Shown here: positions 44,523 to 56,330 of the stretch, one piece after another
Layout of the letters: the number at the start of each line of letters is the position of its first letter
How positions within the stretch are numbered: position 1 is the first letter of the stretch
DNA from: Eledone cirrhosa
Lineage: Eukaryota
Assembly: GCA_964016885.1 (NCBI GenBank)
Contig: CAXHJY010001362.1
Coordinates: forward strand, 1-62,818
Direction of reading: 5' to 3'
DNA: 62,818 nucleotides
Position numbers and translations under genes: made by a program
Notes under the pieces: model-generated
What the model saw: only the letters and a program-made list of their open reading frames with translations
The model's database searches: none
What the model was told of the DNA's origin: nothing

Positions 44523-45329
44523 GTTCAAGTTATCCCTGTTTCCAACAAATTAAATATCTCTTCTACAGTTCAAGTTATCCCTGTTTCCAACAAATTAAAT
44601 ATCTCTTCTACAGTTCAAGTTATCCCTGTTTCCAACAAATTAAATATCTCTTCTACAGTTCAAGTTATCCCTGTTTCCAACAAATTAAATATCTCTTCTA
44701 CAGTTCAAGTTATCCCTGTTTCCAACAAATTAAATATCTCTTCTACAGTTCAAGTTATCCCTGTTTCCAACAAATTAAATATCTCTTCTACAGTTCAAGT
44801 TATCCCTGTTTCCAACAAATTAAATATCTCTTCTACAGTTCAAGTTATCCCTGTTCCAACAAATTAAATATCTCTTCTACAGTTCAAGTTATCCCTGTTC
44901 CAACAAATTAAATATCTCTTCTACAGTTCAAGTTATCCCTGTTTCCAACAAATTAAATATCTCTTCTACAGTTCAAGTTATCCCTGTTCCAACAAATTAA
45001 ATATCTCTTCTACAGTTCAAGTTATCCCTGTTTCCAACAAATTAAATATCTCTTCTACAGTTCAAGTTATCCCTGTTTCCAACAAATTAAATATCTCTTC
45101 TACAGTTCAAGTTATCCCTGTTTCCAACAAATTAAATATCTCTTCTACAGTTCAAGTTATCCCTGTTTCCAACAAATTAAATATCTCTTCTACAGTTCAA
45201 GTTATCCCTGTTTCCAACAAATTAAATATCTCTTCTACAGTTCAAGTTATCCCTGTTTCCAACAAATTAAATATCTCTTCTACAGTTCAAGTTATCCCTG
45301 TTTCCAACAAATTAAATATCTCTTCTACA
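44523..45329. repeat. 45-bp tandem repeat, 18 copies
   Basis: Unit GTTCAAGTTATCCCTGTTTCCAACAAATTAAATATCTCTTCTACA; three units lack one T (18x45-3=807 bp). Confidence 0.97.
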
Positions 45330-45631
45330 TGTGTATATATAGATTTTATGTTATTATGGAGTACATGTGTGAATTTGCGCCTCTGTGTGGGCGCATGACA
45401 AAGCAAAAGATCACACATTTATATGTGTGTGTTCGTATTTCCATGTAGACACACATACACTTATGTGAGAATGTATACTTTTACGCACTATTACGTATAA
45501 ACGTGTGTTTGAGTGTGTGTATATTTGTTTCGGATATTCATTTATACTTTTTTGCCCGTTATTTGATTTCAGCCTCACTTTCAAATTCCCTAAATTTTGC
45601 TTTCAAATCCATATTTAACAAACATGCCATG

Positions 45632-45700
45632 TTATTCATTCTGATGACTGAAGACAGATATAAACATCTGTCTTCAAGAAACCACTGGTAAATGTAATAA
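45632..45700 (+). ncRNA. Type I hammerhead ribozyme (same family as 29994-30062)
   Basis: TTATTCATT-CTGATGA-C-TGAAGACAGAT ATAAAC ATCTGTCTTCA-A-GAAA-CCACTGG-TA-AATGTAATAA; predicted GUA cut after 45690. Confidence 0.85.
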
Positions 45701-45853
45701 TTATCTTATGTTGTTTATTACATAACTATATTATATATATATACATATATAAACTATATATATATATATATAATATATTATATATATATATAAACTATAT
45801 ATATATATATATAATATATTATATATATATATAAACTATATATATATATATAT

Positions 45854-46302
45854 ATCATCATCATCATCGTTTAACGTCCATTTTCCACGCTAGCATGGGT
45901 CTGGACGGGAATTGTCCCACTTGAGGCAAGATTGGTTGTCTTGCGGGTTTTCTACGGCTGGATGCCCTTCCTAACACCAACCACATTTACAGTGTGGACT
46001 GGGAGGTTTTTACCGTGTTACCTACACGGCCACATTACAGCGTGGACTGTGTTTTATTGTCGTGGCACCTACACGTCTGGCGGGTTTTCTACGGCTGGGT
46101 GCCCTTCCTAACACCAACCACGTTTACAGTGTGTACTGGGAGGTTTTTACCGTGTTACCTACACGACCACATAGCAGCGTGGACTGTGTGTTTTTGTCGT
46201 GACATCTACACGACCTCATTTGTTTCGGACTGGATGTTGTGACACCAACATAACTTTACATTGAAAGCGTGGAATATGGACGTTAAAAGTTGATGATGAT
46301 GA
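45854..46302 (-). mobile_element. Rearranged RTE 3' UTR fragments with (GAT)n tails at both ends
   Basis: Minus-strand UTR with an internal duplication, joined to a short plus-strand tail at ~46267. Confidence 0.75.
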
Positions 46303-46314
46303 TATATATATATA

Positions 46315-46355
<41 letters not shown>

Positions 46356-46459
46356 TATAATATAATATATATATATATATATAATATATATATATATATA
46401 TAATATATATATATATATATAATATATATATATATATATAATATATATATATATATATA

Positions 46460-46495
<36 letters not shown>

Positions 46496-46567
46496 CATTA
46501 TGAAGAGAGAAGAAACATTTAGATATAATTAGTAATAAAATGTATCATACCTAAACTGTTCCTAAAT

Positions 46568-46655
46568 TCCTCGACTACGTAGTTTCGTGGCATAAACAAA
46601 AACAATATATCAAAGATATAGAGTCCTTGCGAGGTCTGCCGACTTATCAAGAGGA
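46568..46655 (-). ncRNA. Type I hammerhead ribozyme, U3-A8 variant (inverted copy)
   Basis: Reverse complement of 47312-47399. Confidence 0.78.
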
Positions 46656-46720
46656 TACCTCATTTTGGGATTCTTTCTCACGTCGTGTAGACGCGTTCTT
46701 GAGACTAGTAAAATGAGGTA

Positions 46721-46808
46721 TCCTCTTGATAAGTCGGCAGACCTCGCAAGGACTCTATATCTTTGATATATTGTTTTTATTTATGCCACGAAACTACGTA
46801 GTCGAGGA
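46721..46808 (+). ncRNA. Type I hammerhead ribozyme, U3-A8 variant
   Basis: TCCTC-TTGATAA-GT(C)GGCA...TGCCAC-GAAA-CTACGTAG-TC-GAGGA; predicted GUC cut after 46803. Confidence 0.8.
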
Positions 46809-47311
46809 ATTTAGGAACAGTTTAGGTAAGATACATTTTATTACTAATTATATCTAAATGTTTCTTCTCTCTTCATAATGTATTTTTAACTCTGATACTG
46901 GTTCAGTCTGGTTCAAACTGAATTGGTCTGTCCCAGTCATTCATTGAGCAACATCGGTGAAGTTGGCACCCTTAACTCGCAGTTGGGTGCGGATGCATTC
47001 ATGTATATATGTGTGTCCCCGCATGTATCTGTGTGTTTCTAAATATATTAATAACTCCCTCTGGTCGAGCAATCTTTGAAGTGTGGGGACAACTGGAAAG
47101 CTTCCATTACTCATACTTCTCGCCTTCTTCACTACCTCTTCTACGGCCTCGATATGAATGCCCCCTCCGCCTCTGTGGTATTTTCTTCGTGGTTATAAGA
47201 GGCTTAGCTCTGTTTCTCGACCGTTATATCGCGTGACTGTCTCCCCCTCCGCCTTTTGGGATTCTTTCTCACGTCGTGTAGACGCGTTCTTGAGACTAGT
47301 AAAATGAGGTA

Positions 47312-47399
47312 TCCTCTTGATAAGTCGGCAGACCTCGCAAGGACTCTATATCTTTGATATATTGTTTTTGTTTATGCCACGAAACTACGTAGTCGAGGA
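47312..47399 (+). ncRNA. Type I hammerhead ribozyme, U3-A8 variant (tandem copy)
   Basis: Same motif 591 nt downstream; predicted cut after 47394. Confidence 0.8.
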
Positions 47400-47736
47400 A
47401 TTTAGGAACAGTTTAGGTATGATACATTTTATTACTAATTATATCTAAATGTTTCTTCTCTCTTCATAATGTATTTTTAACTCTGATACTGGTTCAGTCT
47501 GGTTCAAACTGAATTGGTCTGTCCCAGTCATTCATTGAGCAACATCGGTGAAGTTGGCACCCTTAACTCGCAGTTGGGTGCGGATGCATTCATGTATATA
47601 TGTGTGTGTCCGCATGTATCTGTGTGTTTCTAAATATATTATATATATATATATATATATAATATATATATATATAATATATATATAAATATATATAATA
47701 TATATAATATATATATATATATAATATATATAATAT

Positions 47737-47768
<32 letters not shown>

Positions 47769-47841
47769 ATATATATAATATATATATATAATATATATAA
47801 TATATATATATATATAATATATATAATATATATATATATAT

Positions 47842-47874
<33 letters not shown>

Positions 47875-47956
47875 ATATATATATATAATATATATATAAT
47901 ATATAATATAATATATATATATAATATATATATAATATAATATATATATATATATA

Positions 47957-48017
<61 letters not shown>

Positions 48018-48040
48018 TATATATAATATATATATATAAT

Positions 48041-48074
<34 letters not shown>

Positions 48075-48327
48075 ATATAATATATATATATATATATAAT
48101 ATAATATATATATTTCGTTTCTGAATTTGTTTAGCAAGATTCTTTATCTGAAATCGTGTGTTGAAACCGATATTGTTATACTTTGGGAGGGTCATGTTGC
48201 CAATAAGAAACACACGCACCAGTTGCTTTCACTTCAATTTATTATATATTTATAAATTTACAAATCTATAAACTTATAAATTTCTGGTTGGTTGATTGGT
48301 TCCACAACCAGATAGTTGTTTATATAT

Positions 48328-48372
48328 AGTCATAGTCCTTTCGTCACACACTCTGTGATCTCTTCAGTGACT
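48328..48372 (-). ncRNA. Minimal type I hammerhead ribozyme
   Basis: Reverse complement AGTCA-CTGAAGA-G(A)TCACA GAGTG TGTGAC-GAAA-GGAC-TA-TGACT; 5-bp stem I. Confidence 0.78.
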
Positions 48373-48460
48373 GGGGATTCCTTTCTTTGTTTCTGTGCCT
48401 TTCCTTTCTTCTGTCCTACGCCATTTTGTTTCTGTGTGACACACACAGAAACAAAATGGC

Positions 48461-49572
48461 GTATGGGTGCATAAAAGATGTAGTGGGATCATAGGTAAGC
48501 TAACTAAGAACATAGATTTTACATGTGGCCGGTGCTCTGGTGCAATAAGTAGCAGCAAGTGCCCACAAAATACTAGCTCTTTCAATTGCGCAGAGGGTTC
48601 TATAGAAATAGTGGACAGCTTCCGTTACCTGGGTGACAAAATTAGCAGTGGGGGAGGGTGCTCTGAAAGTACAGTAGCTAGAGTCAGAACTGGATGGAAA
48701 AAGTTCAGAGAGCTTATACCACTATTAGCCGCTAAAGGGTTCTCCCTAAAAATGAAAGGCAGGTTGTATGATGCCTGCATACGAACAGCAATGTTGCATG
48801 GCAGTGAGACCTGGGCATTGTGTGCAGAGGATATACGCAGACTAGAGAGGAACGAAGCTTGCATGCTCCGCTGGATGTGTAATAGTAATATACGTGAACG
48901 GCAAAGCATAAACGAACTAAGGAAAAAATTAGAAATAAGAGGGATCAGATGTTGTTTACTCGAGAGAAGGCTACGTTGGTATAGTCACGTGATGCGCATG
49001 AAATACAACAGCTGTATAACAAAGTGCAGGGCAATAAAAATAGACGGCAGCCACGTAGTAGGCAGACCCAGAAAAACCTGGGACGACCTGATAAATTCCG
49101 ACCTCACACACTTACACCTCTCCAAGACAATGTCACTGGACCGAGACCTTTGGCGGTACTCAGTAATAGAGAAGACCCGCCTTACCTAAATACAAAGTAA
49201 AACCTACTACAGTCAGTAGGCATCTCTAACAAAATACACCCCCCGTCCCACCTCCCCCACCCCATCCACACCACCCCTTTCAATGTAAAGTTATGTTGGT
49301 GCCACAACATCCAGGTCGAAACAAATGAGATCGTGTAGGTGTCACGACAAAAAAACACACAGTCCACGCTGTAATGTGGCCGTGTAGGCAACACGGTAAA
49401 AACCTCCCAGCCCCACACTGTAAATGTGGTTGGTGTTAGGAAGGGCATCCAGCCGTAGAAAACCCGCCAGACAGTCCTATGCGAGCAATGACAACCACTC
49501 TTGCCTCAAGTGGTAAAACTCCCGTCCAAACCCATGCAAACGTGGAACATGGACGTTAAATGATGATGATGA
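48461..49572 (+). mobile_element. RTE family A 3' fragment
   Basis: ORF 48467-49189 near-identical to the family A C-terminus; UTR and (GAT)n tail. Confidence 0.92.
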
Positions 49573-49779
49573 TATATATATAATATATATATAATATATA
49601 ATAAAACTTATATAAGCATGAACAGTAGATCATTACGCATCTTTTGGCTTAAAAATCTAGAAATTTGGTCCAGCGGGAAAAAGTTTATAATCAAAGTTTG
49701 CTGATAAATCTTGTGTTCAATTGAGTGAGTAGTAAGCGTGACGCCAGGGGAGGTAATCCAGAAATGACGACGTTTGGAA

Positions 49780-50143
49780 TATGTATATTTGTGTACGTCG
49801 CCATATATGTATGTAAGTATATGTGTATATGTATATTTGTGTATGTCGCAATATATGTATGTATGTGTGTATATGTATATTTGTGTATGTCGCCATATAT
49901 GTATGTATGTGTGTATATGTATATTTGTGTATGTCGCAATATATGTATGTATGTGTGTACGTCGCCATATATGTATGTATGTGTGTATATGTATATTTGT
50001 GTACGTCGCCATATATGCATGTACGTATGTGTGTGTATGTATATTTGTGTACATGTATATTTGTGTACGTCGCCATATATGTTTGTATGTATGTGTGTAT
50101 ATGTATATTTGTGTACGTCGCCATATATGTATGTATGTGTGTA
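49780..50143. repeat. Imperfect ~40-bp minisatellite upstream of the Helitron ORF
   Basis: Recurring ATATGTATATTTGTGTACGTCGCCATATATGTATGT. Confidence 0.85.
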
Positions 50144-51029
50144 TCGGGCTCACATACATTCTCTGTGCGTGATTTGGCTCAGCTCAGCCAATCAGCGCCA
50201 GTAGAAGAGGATGTATCCCTACGCGTTCGGAGGGAGAAATAGCCCGCAAAGATTTGAGGACGCTATCACTTCCAGGCTAGACCGTGTTAAGGTAAACAAC
50301 ACTTGTTCTTTTGCTCCGTAAGCACAAACAATATGTAACGACCAAACATTACCTACGAGCCTGATCAAACGCCTTCAGCCAGTCGCCCGTATTTTCTCTT
50401 GTAATCTTAATTGAATTATTCCATTATTCTTGGCATGCCAGCTTAATTCACTTCTTAACCTTTATTAATAAATAATGTAAAAACAAGCTAAAATTCGTTG
50501 TCGATATTCCTATCGTATCTTTCTACCAAATCTGGTTCCTCGTAGCAACAACACAACAACTCTCTAAATATTCTTCTCCGCTAAATTCGAATTTATACCT
50601 AAACCAAATTGGTGACAATATATCTACACCAAATTTGTGACCCTCGACGATTAAGTATGAAAACACAGCCTATTTGAATTCGCCAGTCGTTTTAACGGAA
50701 ATGTGGAGTGGCTTAACATTTGGAATATTCGAATCGGGTTTCTAGACTCGCTTAGCGTAAGTCCATAAAATTCATAATATTCCATTTGTTGAAGCACGCG
50801 ACCTACACAATATTTCTGTTATAACTTTCATGGTAACACAAGTAACTTACGCATACAGACGAACGCAAAAATACTACACAAAAGAAAGAGTTTTTCCGAC
50901 GTCTAACAAAAAATTTCTCTTTTGGATTGAAAATTATTATTGCGAGCATAGTTTGATAAAAACAAAAAAAAAAGAATTTAAAAAAAAAAAAGAATTTCTC
51001 TGGATATAGAATTTTGCTCGGCTTATTCA

Positions 51030-54000
51030 GTTTTTCCATGGCACAGAAATGGAGTATTTCCATTTCGAATCAATACCTTTCACTAAAATCGGGCAATTGG
51101 ACTGATCAAATTCACATTCATGCCAGTTTTTACAAATCGGAGGTGAGCAAAGTGAGACAGGTGCACAAAAAGAGGGGGGTGAGCAAAGTGACCAGGAAGA
51201 TTTTGATGGCAGAAAATGTACAGAACTTCTGACTTTGGCTAGATTGTGCAAATTTGGTCCCCCATCAAATTGCCCAGATCCCACTGCACGTCTAAAGCTA
51301 GCTAAACGAATGCACAAGGCCATACATGAACTTTCACCTGATTTGACTGTGTCCCAAATTCGGAAAAAAATGGAAATCTTTGAGCAGTGTAAAGGATTCC
51401 ATAGGGACAACATCTATTGCATAGGACAGTCTGACTGCACAAATGGACTTGAACTGATTCGAAGTATGGCTCCTCACTCTCCTCGCATCCGTACAATTCT
51501 GAGATGTGTGTACAAAGTGAGATCAGTCTGTGTTTGGCTAGACTCCTATGACATTTCAATCTTGGAAGGAAATTGGTCAATGTTTGATGATCTAGTAAAT
51601 CCCCAAAACATGTCCAACAATCTGCTAAGCCGTTTGAATGAGATAGTGGAAAATGAAAATGAGAGCTTGCATTCAGAATCCTCAATCATGGCCAATTTTG
51701 CATCCATTATCAAACATTTTAATAAAGAGATTCAAAAAATGTAAATCAACTCCTGTGACATTTGCAAACAATGAGAATTAGATGCTAAACTCAAAGTCTG
51801 GGAGGATTGGAGCCCTTTGACAAATCCCTATCTCCTGGAAACCATTCAACAAAACTACTCTCTACCATGTACGATTTGCTCTACATGTAGAAATAGTCTT
51901 GTCAAAAAGTCGATACCATCATTGGCTTCAATCAATGGCCTAGAAGTGGTCAAAATTCCAAATGTGTTGTCAAAGTTGAACATGTATGAGCAGATTTTGA
52001 TCCAAATGGCCAATTGCTTCATAAATGTCATTAAATTGTCACCCTATCGTTTCAAAGGTGCACCATCACATCTAGTAGCTGCTATTAAAGGAATAGCAAC
52101 TCACATGCCACTACCAATCATGTAATGAAAAAACTTCCATCGAATCAAAATGATGCATTTGAAATAATTGTTGATAGTCTTCCAACTAAAAAGGGCACAA
52201 TTTGGCGATCGCTAGTGAATATGCAAAATGTCTTTGATGCCTTGGAGTGGCTGAAAAACAACAATGACATTTACAATGACATTTTGATAGACAGAACCAC
52301 AAATTTAGAGGACATTGTTACATGCACTGGTGAAAATGTTTCCATCAATTTTCCACACATTCTCACACAAACTGGTGCTGAAACAGTCTATGAACACCAT
52401 ACTGTACAGCAAATCAAGCCTGCACTCCCAAATCAAAAGGACCTTGAACTGTTTCGCATGAAACGAGTTGAAGGTACTCTTCTTCCAGACAATGATCCAA
52501 ACCTGGATCTGATGTGCTTCCCCCACTTATTCCCTAAAGGAAAATTTGGAATGATGCACATGAACAGACCCCATGGTAGAGTAAAGCCCTAGATGTTCAT
52601 CAGAAACAGACTCAGACATGAGGACCCCCGGTTTCGTAGAGACATTCAGTACATTCTCTACAATTTGGACAAGGCTGACAAAAGAGCACTAGATTCTGGC
52701 ATTTATGCCGTAATGAAATCACTCAAAAGTCCAAAATTGACACTTGCTCAATTTTATAAAAGATTGGAAGACAATGATGAACAATTGGAAAGTGGTTTGT
52801 CAATGATGATAGCGAATGTTCATGGAACAAAGCCATTTTGGGAACGCAAAGTGCTCCGACTTGAATGCCATAGATGAGAAATTCGGTCCTGCCCATTTGT
52901 TTATCACTCTTTCATGTGCTGAATACTTTTGGCCAGGCTTGAGGGAATTTTTGGAAAAACTCAATAAAGACATTGCAAATGTTGAAACAAGGCCAATAGG
53001 GAATCTCTGTGCAAATGATGTTGTGGCTGTCAGTGAGTACTTTCACCATCGTTTTAGTGCTGTTTTTCATGATGTAATTTTAAATAAAAAAGGCCCATTT
53101 GGGGAAATTATTCATTACTTTTGGCGACTCGAGTATCAACAACGTGGTGCCCCTCACATTCACCTTAAAGCCTGGGTTCGGGACAGTGTAATTTTTGACA
53201 AAGATCCTAAAGAAAAAATCAAGCAATTTATTGAACGCTGCATTACTTGCCGGCTACCATCCCGTGGCCAGCCCAAACTTGGCAAATCTCGTTAGACGGT
53301 TCCTAGTCCATACTTGTGGCAAAGCATGCTGGAGAATAGTGAGGAGAGGGAAAAATTTTCGTAAAAAATGCCGTTTTGGTTTTGCACGTGCAGTGGGGCC
53401 ATTTCGGTTTTTCTCAGTTTCTGAAAGTATCAAATCGCGAAAAAATGGTAATGGGACAAAAAAACTGTACCAATTGGAAAGAAAAGAATCAGAAAAGTAC
53501 ATAAATGACTACAATCCATGTTTACTTCTAGCCTGGCAAGCAAATATAGATGTGCAATACATTGGTGAGAATAATATGATTTTGAATAGATATGTCACCT
53601 GCTATCAGACTAAGGCTGAAAAAAATGAGGCTGAGGGAGTGTGGGCGAATCTGGATCATTCCAAAACAAAATATGGGAAATACAAAAGTGCTGGACTGCA
53701 ATTGCTTGGGAAAAGGGATACAGGAGGGTATGAAGCTGCTGACAAACTTTTGGGGCATCATTTTTACGGGTCATCAGATCATGTTATTTGGGTAGGTGCA
53801 GACATTCCCAGTAGGCGCGGCCGCAGATTGAAATCTCAAAATGATCTCGATGAACTGAGTGAACACTCAATGGACTTGTTCTACGAGAACATGGTGGAAA
53901 CTTTTTACAAAAACCGGCCAAAATTCCTGGAGAATTCCTCCTTATATGAAGTTGCCAGCAAATATGAGAGGACACAAAAAAAACCTGTTGACAAAGATGT

Positions 54001-56330
54001 GGCTACAAAAATGAAATTGCTCAATGACAAGGGGTATTTTCATAGTGTAAAAGAGCGGGTAGTTAAAGCACCGAATATACAGCTCAAAAATGACACAAAA
54101 GAACGTTATTACCACAATCTTCTAATGCTGTTCAAACCCTGGCGCGATGAGGACAAAGATTTATTGGGGGGCTGCAAAACATTTGAAGAGTCCTTTCATC
54201 TGTGTGCAAACAATTTGCCTGATATGGTGAATTTTCAAAATGTGAGGAAAAAAAAAATCACTGATGCAGTTGAGATGGGGAAGAGGTTGGAGAAGGAGAG
54301 TGAAAAGGAGGGAGAGGTCGGAGAAGGACGGAGAGAAGAGGGGGAGAAGGAGGCAAGAGATGAGGCTGGTATTGATGTTCCCCAAATTCGAGATGTAGAT
54401 GAAACTGCTCTACAGACAAAAGAAACACAGCTTAATACAGATCAAATATCCATATACAATCTAATTGTATCAGCAATTGAAAAACAGGAATTGCATTGGA
54501 ATTCGGAAAAACCACTACCAAGGTGCAGATGTGATGATTGCCCACAATTTCTCAAATTTGTCTCTGGTGTAGGAGGTACAGGGAAAAGTTTTCTCATTGA
54601 TATAATTTCTGACAAAGTTACTCAAATTTGTTGCAAGAGAAATGGGGCCCCAGTAGTCATTTGTGCACCAACTGGTATGGCTGCTTTCCAAATCAAAGGG
54701 ACTACTTTGCACAGGCTCTTGAAACTCTCAGTCCAACATGGAAAGCCACCATCATATAGGGAATTAGAAAGTGATGAACTCAAAATTTTGCGATCCACTC
54801 TAGAGGGTGTCCGTCTGATAATTATCGATGAAATAAGTATGGTCAGTCATCTGATGTTGGCATTTATCCATAGGCGTCTAGATGAGATTTTTGGGGACCA
54901 GAGTCAAATGACCAGCCCTTTTGGAAAAATAAATATTCTGGTTTTTGGCGATCTACTTCAACTTCCACCAGTAAATGAAAAAACACTCTTTTCCAGTATT
55001 TCTGCATATGATGCTAAAAGGACTGGTCTGGGAATAAGTGGGCAGTCACTGTGGAAATTTTTCGACTATGATGAGCTCACTATAAACATGCGGCAAAAAA
55101 ATGACAGTGAAAACTATTCTGAAATGTTGGGTCGAATAAGAATAGGATCACCTACAGACATGGACATCAAGACTTTGAGTGAACATTGCCTATTCCCAGA
55201 TCGCAGGGCAACAATGAGAGAGGCAACTGAGAAACTAATGCAACTTTGCACATTACCTAGTCAAAAATTTGTCTGTATTTTGCCTGTCAATGAATCTGTA
55301 GATGAATTCAACAAGGAAATGCTTAAGCATGCCAACATCAGTACAGTTGTAGTTATTGCTGAGGACTCAGGAATGCGCCAGAAAGGTCGTAAAAAAAAGA
55401 CAAAGTCAAACAAATTTTCCAAACCAAAAAAGGCATCAGACACTGCTGGACTTGAGACTGAATTGCAAGTTGGAGTTGGGGCCAGAGTAATGCTGAGACG
55501 AAACATTAATTTGGTGAAGGGGCTATGTAATGGTGTCATGGGAACAGTGCAAAGCATGGTCAATGGAAAATATGGGAAAATGGTACAAATCATTGTGGAA
55601 TTTGATCACATGATAGGCAATGACATTTCAATAGAAAAGGTGACTGCAGACTATGAAATCTCTCCTGGTGTGTATGTGACACGAAAACAGTTCCCCCTAA
55701 GCCTTGCCTATGCCATCACCATCCATAAATCACAGGGAATAAGTGTTGATGGGGCTATTGCTGATCTTGGTCCTCTGTTGTTCGCAGATGGAATGGTCTA
55801 TGTTGCACTTTCACGAGCTAGGAAACTCTGCAATGTCTATTTGATAGATTTTGACCCACGAACCCTGATCATGTGTGACAAATCTGCTTGGGAAGAGTAC
55901 AACAAATTGCGTTCTACAACAAAATTGCCTCCACTTGGACCATGTAGAAATAAACCACCATGCATGGCTTCTGAATCTTGCAAGCCAAAAAAAACGATCA
56001 TGGCGAATGTTGAATGTGGACAACCCTTCTGAATATGCTCCTCCTACCAAAAAACCTAAATTAGCTACAATTTCCATGCTCACTCCCATGATTAGACTTC
56101 AAAATAAGGAAAATGCCTGTTTTGCCAATTCCACACTTCAAGCTATTGTCAAATTGCCCAAACTTTGGGAAACTTTGTTGTCTACCAAATTACTCAGTCC
56201 AGTTGTTCAGGAAATAGCAAATATTGTCAATGATTCAAAAATTGAACTTGCCCAATCTTCACAACATTGAAAATTGGTCAAAATTTGACAAATCTGACTT
56301 CAAACCAGATATGATTCATTTGAACAATGT
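51030..56330 (+). pseudogene. Helitron (Helentron/Helitron2-like) RepHel transposase, fragmented by stops and frameshifts; element ends not determined (within ~49600-57270)
   Basis: Rep motifs LFITLSCAE, YFWRLEYQQRGAPHIH (HUH), RYVTCYQTK; PIF1 helicase GVGGTGKS, IIDEISM, GDLLQLPPV, QFPLSLAYAITIHKSQG, YVALSR. Confidence 0.92.

Larger units (their letters stand above)
46493..47641 (+). mobile_element. Non-coding retrozyme-like / non-autonomous PLE-like element: 174-bp inverted arm plus ~1.66 tandem copies of a 591-bp unit
   Basis: Inverted repeat 46493-46666 / 46710-46883; direct repeat 46663-47050 / 47254-47641; three hammerheads; (TA)n flanks. Confidence 0.82.

Noticed and set aside
44523-45329. 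Possible CRISPR array or repeat protein (SSSYPCFQQIKYLFY)n
   Set aside because: No unique spacers, no cas genes, eukaryotic context; 1-nt deletions break the frame
53195-56032. Host PIF1 helicase gene
   Set aside because: Intronless and continuous with HUH Rep motifs, so it is a Helitron transposase
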